Assembly (NCBI GenBank): GCA_963925895.1 | Contig: CAWUVH010000007.1 | Span: 7,957-71,956, forward strand | Source: an uncultured Burkholderiales bacterium | GTDB taxonomy: Bacteria; Pseudomonadota; Gammaproteobacteria; Burkholderiales; Eutrophovitaceae | Length of the DNA: 64,000 nt | Direction of reading: 5' to 3' | Part shown: positions 56,296 through 64,000 of the stretch, one piece after another | How positions within the stretch are numbered: the first letter of the stretch is position 1 | How the letters are laid out: the number at the start of each line of letters is the position of its first letter | The notes under the pieces: model-generated | What the model saw: only the letters and a program-made list of their open reading frames with translations | Told to the model about the DNA's origin: nothing | Database searches by the model: none | Translations under genes and position numbers: made by a program

Positions 56296-58104
56296 CTATT
56301 GGCCGCGCATGAATCGATGGTCGAGTTCAGATAATGAAATCTGAAACCAAGTAGGTCGGCCATGATTGCATTGATCTGATCGTTCAGTCTGCTCCATATC
56401 TCGCAGTAAGTGATTCATTTCCTCATTCGTAAGTTTTCGATTGGCACGAACCGCTGAGTGACATGCGAGTGTCGATAAAATTTCGTTGCGATGTTCCTCT
56501 AATACGCGTGAGCCTCCGTAATCAACGATGTCTTTAATGACGTTGAGCATCAACTCTGAAACCTTTCCTTGCTCCAGAAAGGATGGAATAGATCTTATGG
56601 CTACGCTCTCTGGGCCAGATGTCGAAAATTCAAAACCAAGTGTATTCAGTAGGGCCTCATTTTCATGGAGTACTGCCATTTGGGCGAGGCTAACAGTTAC
56701 ATTGATAGGGATTAGAAGGGATTGCTTGGGTATTTGTTTCAATTCTAGTGCTGTTTTAAGGTGTTCGTATACGATGCGTTCGTGAGCCGCATGCATATCA
56801 ACAATGATTAAGCCATCTTGGTTTTGCGCAAGAATGTATACGCCACTCAGTTGTGCGAGGGCAAAACCTAAGGGGTATTTGTTTTCAATGTTTTCGTCGG
56901 ATTGACTCCAGTTAGATATATCCTTTGGATCGTGCTGTTTCGGGGCATCTGGTCCTTCGATACCACCAAGCGTCAGTTCTGAGCCGCTAAACCCAGAAGC
57001 CGGGCTCTGGGCATACCTCTCGGACAATCTCAGATTGGTTTGGGAGAATGACTGTTGAGAGCCTTCTGGCCCCGCATTATCTGTAAAGAATGAGTGTATA
57101 TTTTTATGCGGTAGCCGTTCGCCAGATGACAATTTTTTTTCGATTGCGTGAAAAACAAATTGGTGCATCGCTTGAGACTCGCGAAATCGTACTTCTGTTT
57201 TTCTTGGATGTACGTTTACGTCCACTAAGCTTGGGTCGATTTGGACAAATAAAACGTAAGAGATTGATTTCCCATGGTGTAGAACGTCATTAAACGCTTG
57301 TCTTATAGCATGGGATATCACTCGGTCTCGAACGAATCGTCCGTTTATAAAGAGATATTGTGTGTCTTTATTTTTGGCGTCATAAGCGGGCTGTTGGATC
57401 AATCCTTTTATGGATAAGGCTTCGCTTCCTTCATTGATCCAAATGCTGGTATCTGTTAACTCGGACCCCAATGTTTCTTGAATTCGCATGTCAACCACGT
57501 CAGCCTGGGCTCTTCGTCGAGGCTTGCCATTGTGTGTGATGGAGAAGCGGATTGTTGGGTTTGCTAGTGCTGCTTGTTTGTAAACCTCATCACAGTGCCC
57601 ATATTCAGTGTTTGGTGAGCGAAGAAACTTCTTCCTTGCTGGCGTATTGAAGTAGAGGTTTGATACCGTTACAACGCTTCCAATAGCTAGTGCTGATGGT
57701 TTGGGCTCTGATACGCGCCCCCCGTCAGCACTTATTTCCCAAGCATGGTCGTCACTTGAGTGTTTGCTAGAGAGGTTAAGCTGAGACACTGACGCTATCG
57801 ACGCCAATGCCTCTCCTCGGAATCCAAGGCTACAAATCGATTCTAAATCGGTTAGTTCACTAATTTTGCTGGTGGCATGTCGAGACAATGCCAGCTTGAT
57901 TTCACTCAGTGGGATGCCCGGGCCATTATCTGAAACTCTAATTTCTCTTATCCCTCCTTCGACGATCGAAATATTAATTTCTTCAGCGCCTGAGTCAATA
58001 CTATTCTCAATCAGTTCTTTTAATGCAGATGAGGGACGTTCTACGACTTCGCCAGCGGCTATTTGGCTGATCAGAATGTCAGGTAATGGTTTGATGTTGG
58101 GCAT
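56296..58104 (-). CDS. mutL: DNA mismatch repair endonuclease MutL
   Basis: IKPLPDILISQIAAGEVVERPSSALKELIENSIDSGA, and C-terminal CNHGRPT. Start taken at MPNIKPL (58104). Confidence 0.9.
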   Translation of the reverse strand: MPNIKPLPDILISQIAAGEVVERPSSALKELIENSIDSGAEEINISIVEGGIREIRVSDNGPGIPLSEIKLALSRHATSKISELTDLESICSLGFRGEALASIASVSQLNLSSKHSSDDHAWEISADGGRVSEPKPSALAIGSVVTVSNLYFNTPARKKFLRSPNTEYGHCDEVYKQAALANPTIRFSITHNGKPRRRAQADVVDMRIQETLGSELTDTSIWINEGSEALSIKGLIQQPAYDAKNKDTQYLFINGRFVRDRVISHAIRQAFNDVLHHGKSISYVLFVQIDPSLVDVNVHPRKTEVRFRESQAMHQFVFHAIEKKLSSGERLPHKNIHSFFTDNAGPEGSQQSFSQTNLRLSERYAQSPASGFSGSELTLGGIEGPDAPKQHDPKDISNWSQSDENIENKYPLGFALAQLSGVYILAQNQDGLIIVDMHAAHERIVYEHLKTALELKQIPKQSLLIPINVTVSLAQMAVLHENEALLNTLGFEFSTSGPESVAIRSIPSFLEQGKVSELMLNVIKDIVDYGGSRVLEEHRNEILSTLACHSAVRANRKLTNEEMNHLLRDMEQTERSDQCNHGRPTWFQISLSELDHRFMRGQ

Positions 58105-58278
58105 GGTGTCTGATGGTACAGATTTTGAACGACTAATTTTCCCTTCATGTAGAATTTGAATCAAATTGATTGGATGAATTATAATGTTTACTTCCCAGAG
58201 ATATCTCTTGCACTCATTCCATTCTGGCTTAAGTTTTAAGTAATTTCATCCCAATGACAATAGGAAGGATGTTTATTG

Positions 58279-59391
58279 ATGTTAATTGGAATTCCAGCTG
58301 AGATACTAGACGGTGAGAACCGTGTTGCCGCAACACCTGAGACGGTCAAAAAATTTGTATCCAAAGGTCTTCATCAAGTCTTAGTTCAAAAGGGGGCCGG
58401 TCTAAATTCGTTCTTCCCAGACGGTGATTACGAGGCAGCCGGCGCGACATTGATTGCTGGTGCGGCGGAGATCTATGAACGTGCAGAGATCGTACTTAAG
58501 GTTCAAAGTCCGAATGAGGGCGAGGCCGCAATGTTAAAAAGAGGCCAAGTTTTGATTGGGCTCTTACAGCCTCACAGCGAATCTGCGATTCGGCGTCTGA
58601 AAGACGCTGGGGTCATAGGCTTTGCTATGGAACGGTTGCCGCGAATTTCACGAGCTCAGTCAATGGACGTACTATCGTCACAGGCCAACTTGGCGGGATA
58701 TAAAGCCGTTTTGATGGCTGCGAACGCTTATCAAAAGATTATGCCTATGTTAATGACTGCGGCCGGAACCATCAAAGCGGCGCGAGTGGTTGTTATGGGT
58801 GTGGGTGTTGCCGGCCTTCAGGCTATTGCCACTGCAAAACGTTTGGGTGCGGTTGTTGAGGCGACTGATGTCAGGCCTGAAACAAAAGAACAAGTGGAAT
58901 CGCTGGGTGCGAAGTTTATTGAGGTTCCGTTAACTGAAGAGGAACAGGATCTCGCGAAAGGTGAAGGCGGGTACGCCAAAGAGATGAGTGATGATTATAA
59001 AAAGCGCCAGGCAGAGTTAATCGCTAAAAGATTAGAGCAGGCGGATATTGTGATCACAACAGCTCTTATACCCGGCAGGCCAGCACCGATTCTTGTCACT
59101 GAGGAGATGGTTAAGTCTATGAAAACCGGGTCGGTGATTGTAGATATGGCAGCAGAGCAAGGGGGGAACTGCCCCCTAACGCGCTCTAACGAAACAACGG
59201 AGCAGCATGGCGTGATCTTAATTGGATCGGTTAATATTCCATCGGGCGTGGCGTCAGATGCAAGCGCCTTATACTCGAGAAACTTGCTGAATTTTATGGA
59301 GTTAGTTGTCAACAAAGACACTGGAGCCTTCGAATTGAATTTGGAAGATGAAGTTGTATCCGGCACTTTGGTGTCGTCGCATTCTAGTTAA
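58279..59391 (+). CDS. pntA: NAD(P) transhydrogenase subunit alpha, part 1
   Basis: IGIPAE...ENRVA.TPE, with the Rossmann motif [20 protein letters not shown]. Confidence 0.9.
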   Translation: MLIGIPAEILDGENRVAATPETVKKFVSKGLHQVLVQKGAGLNSFFPDGDYEAAGATLIAGAAEIYERAEIVLKVQSPNEGEAAMLKRGQVLIGLLQPHSESAIRRLKDAGVIGFAMERLPRISRAQSMDVLSSQANLAGYKAVLMAANAYQKIMPMLMTAAGTIKAARVVVMGVGVAGLQAIATAKRLGAVVEATDVRPETKEQVESLGAKFIEVPLTEEEQDLAKGEGGYAKEMSDDYKKRQAELIAKRLEQADIVITTALIPGRPAPILVTEEMVKSMKTGSVIVDMAAEQGGNCPLTRSNETTEQHGVILIGSVNIPSGVASDASALYSRNLLNFMELVVNKDTGAFELNLEDEVVSGTLVSSHSS

Positions 59392-59417
59392 AATATTTTT
59401 TGATAGGGAGTCACCAG

Positions 59418-59735
59418 ATGGAGTTAATTAATCCGACCATTATCAATCTCATTATTTTTGTGCTCGCCATATATGTCGGATATCACGTGGTGTGGAATGT
59501 CACCCCAGCGCTGCATACCCCTTTGATGTCAGTGACTAATGCAATATCAGCCATAGTGATTGTCGGGGCTATGCTGGCCGCAGCGATGACTGAAACTTTG
59601 CTAGGGCAGGTAATGGGTGTAGCTGCAGTTGCTCTGGCTTCTGTTAACGTCGTTGGTGGATTTTTAGTCACGAAACGTATGCTCGAAATGTTCAAAAAGA
59701 AACCAAAGAAACTTGCTGATGGAGCTGCAAAATGA
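59418..59735 (+). CDS. pntA: NAD(P) transhydrogenase subunit alpha, part 2 (membrane)
   Basis: A small three-to-four-helix membrane protein between pntAA and pntB. ATG 59418 sits behind an AGGGAG RBS. Confidence 0.85.
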   Translation: MELINPTIINLIIFVLAIYVGYHVVWNVTPALHTPLMSVTNAISAIVIVGAMLAAAMTETLLGQVMGVAAVALASVNVVGGFLVTKRMLEMFKKKPKKLADGAAK

Positions 59736-61153
59736 GTATGAATATCGTTGTGCTTTTGTATTTGCTTGCCTCGGTTTGTTTTATTCAGGCGCTTAAAGGT
59801 CTGTCTCATCCAAATACATCACGAATGGGTAACGCATTCGGGATGATCGGCATGGCGATCGCAGTAGTAACCACGGTTGCGCTTATTGTGAAGCTGTCTG
59901 TTGGGTCCGAGTCTGGTTTGGTCAATGTTTTTGGAGGTATGGTTGTTGGTGGTGGGCTGGGTGCGTTTATGGCTAAACGTGTCGAGATGACTAAGATGCC
60001 GGAACTGGTTGCATTCATGCACTCTATGATAGGTATGTCTGCTGTGTTCATTGCGGTAGCGGCAGTCGCGGAACCTACTGCATTAGGTATTGAGTTAGTT
60101 AATGGACTCATCCCTGGAGGCAATCGGTTCGAGCTTTTTGTCGGTACATTTATCGGTGCGATTACCTTTTCTGGTTCGGTCATCGCGTACGGAAAACTAT
60201 CCGGTAGCTACAAGCTGCGGATTTTTCAAGGTGCGCCTATTGTCTTCAAAGGGCAGCACCTCATAAATCTAGTGCTGGCGATTTTAATGGTGGCATGCGG
60301 CGTATGGTTCTTCCTCACGCAGGAGTGGCTACCCTTTGTCCTCATGATGGCGATTGCATTTGTTCTAGGAGTGCTGATTATTATCCCCATCGGCGGGGCC
60401 GATATGCCGGTTGTCGTGTCAATGTTGAACAGCTACTCTGGCTGGGCTGCTGCAGGTATTGGGTTCTCGTTAAATAATTCAATGTTGATAATCGCCGGAT
60501 CTTTGGTTGGATCTTCCGGCGCGATTCTTTCTTACATTATGTGTAAGGCCATGAATCGTTCATTTTTTAGTGTGATTCTAGGCGGCTTTGGTGCCCAAGA
60601 GGGTGTGCAATCTGGAGCTGCAGAGGCGCGACCTGTTAAATCGGGTAGTGCTGATGATGTCGCGTTTCTGTTGGGAAATTCAGACTCTGTTGTAATCGTT
60701 CCTGGTTATGGGCTCGCGGTCGCCCGTGCCCAGCACATAGTAAAAGAGATGGCTGAAAAGTTGATTGCTAAGGGTATTGACGTTCGTTATGCGATTCATC
60801 CAGTGGCGGGTCGAATGCCAGGACATATGAACGTGTTGCTGGCCGAGGCGGAAGTGGATTATGACCAAGTATTTGAAATGGATGATATCAACAGTGACTT
60901 TGGTCAGACTGATGTGGTTTTCGTATTGGGAGCGAATGATGTGGTAAATCCCGCAGCCCGAACACCTGGCAGCGCTATTTATGGGATGCCAATTTTAGAA
61001 GCTCACAAAGCCCGCAATGTCATTGTGAATAAAAGATCAATGGCGGCCGGTTACGCAGGTCTGGATAATGAATTGTTTTACATGGACAAGACTATGATGG
61101 TGTTTGGTGACGCTAAAAAAGTAGTGGAGGATATCGTCAAGGCATTAGATTAG
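59732..61153 (+). CDS. pntB: NAD(P) transhydrogenase subunit beta
   Basis: C-terminal dIII blocks [30 protein letters not shown] and [14 protein letters not shown] overlap with pntAB. Confidence 0.9.
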   Translation: MSMNIVVLLYLLASVCFIQALKGLSHPNTSRMGNAFGMIGMAIAVVTTVALIVKLSVGSESGLVNVFGGMVVGGGLGAFMAKRVEMTKMPELVAFMHSMIGMSAVFIAVAAVAEPTALGIELVNGLIPGGNRFELFVGTFIGAITFSGSVIAYGKLSGSYKLRIFQGAPIVFKGQHLINLVLAILMVACGVWFFLTQEWLPFVLMMAIAFVLGVLIIIPIGGADMPVVVSMLNSYSGWAAAGIGFSLNNSMLIIAGSLVGSSGAILSYIMCKAMNRSFFSVILGGFGAQEGVQSGAAEARPVKSGSADDVAFLLGNSDSVVIVPGYGLAVARAQHIVKEMAEKLIAKGIDVRYAIHPVAGRMPGHMNVLLAEAEVDYDQVFEMDDINSDFGQTDVVFVLGANDVVNPAARTPGSAIYGMPILEAHKARNVIVNKRSMAAGYAGLDNELFYMDKTMMVFGDAKKVVEDIVKALD

Positions 61154-61186
61154 ATTTGATTTTTTTCGGCTCGAGGTAAATCGCAT

Positions 61187-61858
61187 ATGTTCTACGAAAC
61201 TAACGTAAATAATCATGGCCTTGAGCATGACCCGTTCAAAGCTCTCGTAGCTCCTCGACCGGTTGGGTGGGTATCCACTCTCTCCAAGAACAACAAAGTT
61301 AATCTCGCGCCTTACAGTTATTTTAATGCTGTGAGTGATGCCCCACCGATGGTGATGATTTCCTCTAACCAACGCAAAGATACTTTGACTAACATCGAAG
61401 AAACTGGAGAGTTCGTGTGTTCTCTAGCGACTTATCGTTTGCGTGATGCTATGAACATGAGTTCAGCCGTAGTTGATAAAAATGTCAGTGAGTTTGATTT
61501 GGCTACCCTTGCATCTGCAGATTCCCAGTTAGTAGCGCCACCGCGGGTGGCTGATAGTCCAGCGGCTCTTGAGTGCAAACTTTGGAAAGTGCTTCCAATT
61601 CCCAAAGGGCTTAGCGATGATGGGGCGTCTAAACATAACCTAATCCTGGGTTTTGTCGTGGGGGTGTATATTAATGATGAATATCTATCTGGGGGTTTAT
61701 TTGATAGCGCAAAGGCGGGATTGATCGCTCGAATGGGCTACATGGATTACTGCCACGTTACCCCAGAGAACACTTTTTCGCTTAATAGGCCTAAAGTGAC
61801 GGAGAATGGCCGAAGTGCCTCCCTAACGCCGGGGCCATGGGATGGCAAGTACCGTTAG
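61187..61858 (+). CDS. Flavin reductase-like FMN-binding split-barrel protein
   Basis: PRPVGWVST......NLAPYSYFNAVS..PP.V. Confidence 0.75.
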   Translation: MFYETNVNNHGLEHDPFKALVAPRPVGWVSTLSKNNKVNLAPYSYFNAVSDAPPMVMISSNQRKDTLTNIEETGEFVCSLATYRLRDAMNMSSAVVDKNVSEFDLATLASADSQLVAPPRVADSPAALECKLWKVLPIPKGLSDDGASKHNLILGFVVGVYINDEYLSGGLFDSAKAGLIARMGYMDYCHVTPENTFSLNRPKVTENGRSASLTPGPWDGKYR

Positions 61859-62448
61859 TTTTTTTTGGTACTGATTGTTTCTAAATCCTGTTGCGTATCG
61901 ATATCTTTAATAATGCCTTCGTCCTCAACAGGAATGAAATGGGTGTCGCTTATGTGGCTTTTGATGATTTGACGCGCTCCTTCGTCTCCTTGGAGCCCCA
62001 TTAATTCGTCGAGTAGTGTTGAGCGTAAGCCTACTGGATTGCCTGGTTTTTTATGAAAGGTTGGGCGAAACACTAATTTGCGGATCTCTTGGTCTGACGT
62101 GGCTTTCGCGATTATTTTTATTGTTTCAGGGTCTATCAATGGCATGTCACCTAAGGCGATAATCCAGCCGTCTGAATTAAGAGTATTTTGAATTCCGGTT
62201 AATAGACTGCGAGCCATACCCAAATGTGCATCCTGGCATATGAGGAATGGAATTTTTTCGCTTTCAAAGATGGTTTTTAATATTGCGTCATCATGTCGAA
62301 TGACGGCAATAGAGTTGTCGTGAGCTTCTTTAAGTGCTCTCCATGAGGCTACGGCTATTGGTAATCCTGATGGTAGTGTAGCAATTAATTTTTGAGAGCC
62401 AAATCGACTACTTAAGCCTGCTGCTAGAAGTATTCCGGTAATCATCAT
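61855..62448 (-). CDS. MobA-like NTP transferase (molybdenum cofactor cytidylyl/guanylyltransferase family)
   Basis: ILLAAGLSSRFG..KL and LGDMP blocks; 197 aa. Confidence 0.7.
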   Translation of the reverse strand: MMITGILLAAGLSSRFGSQKLIATLPSGLPIAVASWRALKEAHDNSIAVIRHDDAILKTIFESEKIPFLICQDAHLGMARSLLTGIQNTLNSDGWIIALGDMPLIDPETIKIIAKATSDQEIRKLVFRPTFHKKPGNPVGLRSTLLDELMGLQGDEGARQIIKSHISDTHFIPVEDEGIIKDIDTQQDLETISTKKN

Positions 62449-62465
62449 TCGGTTTTTCTGGATCT

Positions 62466-63665
62466 TTAGTGTTGGGATATTTTGACACCAAGTTGTTCCG
62501 GCGGTGTATTTTTTAGGAATTCTTTAATGCCTTGCAGGATGGCTAGGGCCAAACGGTCTTGATACTCAGCCGTCTTTAGTTGCTTCTCTTCCTGACTGTT
62601 ACTTAAGAATGCAGTTTCGACCAAGATTGAACACACATCGATCGATTTCAGTACAGCAAAATTCGCTTTTTCAACTTTCTTTTTATGTAGGTTGTTAACT
62701 TTCCCCAGGTGTCGAAGTACACCTGTGCCGAGTTGTTCGCTGAGATACCGTGTGACGTTCTGGGATAAGTCCAATATTGTTTTTTGCGTGTCTTTGTCTC
62801 GATTGTCTATGTCTGGATCAAACAAAAGATCCATTTCATTCTCTTTCTCTGCTATGAGCTTGGCGTAACGAGAGCTTGCGACCTCATCTTTACGTGGAAG
62901 TATAAATACTGAAGACCCGCTGGCCTTTCGGTTTTCTGCGGCATCGGCATGAATGGAAATGAAAATAGTCGGTTGATATTTCCTAATTTTTTTGATTCGG
63001 TCAGAAAGTTTGACGTAGACGTCATTATTACGAGTCAGGACAGCTTGCATATTTTTTTCTTTATCGATGAGTTTTTTTAATCTCCTAGCAATAGACAGGT
63101 TAACGCTTTTTTCTGTTGTTCCTTTGCGGCCTACCGCCCCGGGATCTTTGCCGCCATGCCCTGCATCAATGGCAATTACATACTTTTCTTTTTCCCAAAT
63201 TTTATTTTTGGTTTGAGTAGCTTCAGCTTGATAGAAGTTATCTATAAGGTCTGGTATTTCACTTTGTGAGGCGATTATTTTAATGCCTTTATTATCTCCG
63301 CTGATGCGGGTATTCGTACCTCGCGTGAATTGAAAAACGATGCGAACGATGTCGGGTTTGTTTTTTGCGATCACAGCTTTTGTTATAAGCCCTGTCTGTT
63401 TGTTGATGGCATCTATGAGTGCAATTAGTTTTTTGTCAATGTCTTTGACCTCCATGTCGAAATAGATCCGATAAGGATTTTGAAGCTGGTCGTGCTTGTA
63501 ATTGGTTCTTTGTGAGAATGTGATTTCAATCAGGGATTTATTTTTTATGACTTGATAGTTGGTGGACTCGACGTAATTGCCTGACTCGTCTGCCGATAGT
63601 GTCGTGCTAATAAGTGTGTTGCATAGCAAGATTGATGCCAGCAGTTGTAATAACGTGTGACGCAT
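62466..63665 (-). CDS. N-acetylmuramoyl-L-alanine amidase with N-terminal AMIN domain (AmiC/AmiB type)
   Basis: IAIDAGHGGKDPGA, SIHADA and E..F.SN blocks. The start at 63665 shares one base with the tsaE stop (TGATG). Confidence 0.85.
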   Translation of the reverse strand: MRHTLLQLLASILLCNTLISTTLSADESGNYVESTNYQVIKNKSLIEITFSQRTNYKHDQLQNPYRIYFDMEVKDIDKKLIALIDAINKQTGLITKAVIAKNKPDIVRIVFQFTRGTNTRISGDNKGIKIIASQSEIPDLIDNFYQAEATQTKNKIWEKEKYVIAIDAGHGGKDPGAVGRKGTTEKSVNLSIARRLKKLIDKEKNMQAVLTRNNDVYVKLSDRIKKIRKYQPTIFISIHADAAENRKASGSSVFILPRKDEVASSRYAKLIAEKENEMDLLFDPDIDNRDKDTQKTILDLSQNVTRYLSEQLGTGVLRHLGKVNNLHKKKVEKANFAVLKSIDVCSILVETAFLSNSQEEKQLKTAEYQDRLALAILQGIKEFLKNTPPEQLGVKISQH

Positions 63666-64000
63666 CACTGAAGCCCCTCCAAGCACTGTTTCCCAAGTTC
63701 GCTCGCTGCTGTTACAGAAATATCTCTGGAATCTGTGTTAAAGATAATCGATATCGTAATGTCAGGGACGCGCAGAACGCTTTCCGCATTCTCTGGCCAT
63801 TCGACAAGGCATATGTTTGTATTGATAAAGACCTCTCTAAAACCCGCCTCAATGACTTCCATTGGATTTGTGATGCGATAAAAGTCAAAGTGATAGATTG
63901 TTGAGGACTCTAAGCTGTAAATTTCCACGAGCGGATATGTTGGACTTTTCACGTGACCCGTATGGCCCAATCCGCTCAAAATTCCTCGACAAAGACAGGT
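63665..64000 (-). CDS. tsaE: tRNA t6A37 biosynthesis ATPase TsaE, N-terminus outside window
   Basis: Frame is open to the window edge. V.SPTY.LVE.Y......YHFDFYR and CLVEWPE blocks. Confidence 0.8.
   Translation of the reverse strand, partial: TCLCRGILSGLGHTGHVKSPTYPLVEIYSLESSTIYHFDFYRITNPMEVIEAGFREVFINTNICLVEWPENAESVLRVPDITISIIFNTDSRDISVTAASELGKQCLEGLQ

Overview
Gene-dense, moderately AT-rich chromosomal segment with about 60 intact protein-coding genes. By eye I found no rRNA, tRNA, CRISPR array, transposase, integrase or phage structural gene. The gene order (xseA | exbB-exbD-lpxK-trm112-kdsB-adk, mutL-miaA, amidase-tsaE) and the protein sequences suggest a streamlined proteobacterium, probably of the Betaproteobacteria/Burkholderiales type; this is inference only. 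Content from left to right: (i) Fur-box/bfd, then a qor / FMN-binding protein / ApbE / His-rich membrane protein cluster. (ii) A long accessory catabolic block at 3.9-32 kb: IlvD/Edd dehydratase, M20 deacylase, two acyl-CoA ligases, several SDRs, DadA, a DapA-like lyase, enoyl-CoA hydratase, haloalkane dehalogenase, D-aminoacylase, esterase, sirtuin, amidase, lactonase, TerC, a TAXI-TRAP transporter, GST and a family III CoA-transferase. (iii) A 527-bp ORF-free gap with a near-consensus promoter, followed by a compact four-gene cassette: SLOG/MoCo-carrier-like protein, MazG-like pyrophosphohydrolase, RlmJ and a RecE-type PD-(D/E)XK nuclease. (iv) A secreted ChaN/Tiki-PDZ fusion translationally coupled to an M1 metallopeptidase. 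(v) A TerB gene divergent from an 1855-aa tandem-duplicated UvrA paralogue. (vi) Core genes: hppA-pfp-adk, kdsB, trm112-like (missing from the ORF track), lpxK, exbBD, xseA, miaA, mutL, pntAA-pntAB-pntB, flavin reductase, a MobA-like transferase, a cell-wall amidase and tsaE. The best leads for something undescribed are the SLOG-MazG-RlmJ-nuclease cassette with its long structured-looking leader, the covalent double UvrA, the ChaN-PDZ/M1 pair, and tandem DnaA boxes in the exbB/xseA intergenic region. All are hypotheses from reading the sequence; no database search or computation was possible. Family calls rest on motifs and remembered family signatures.
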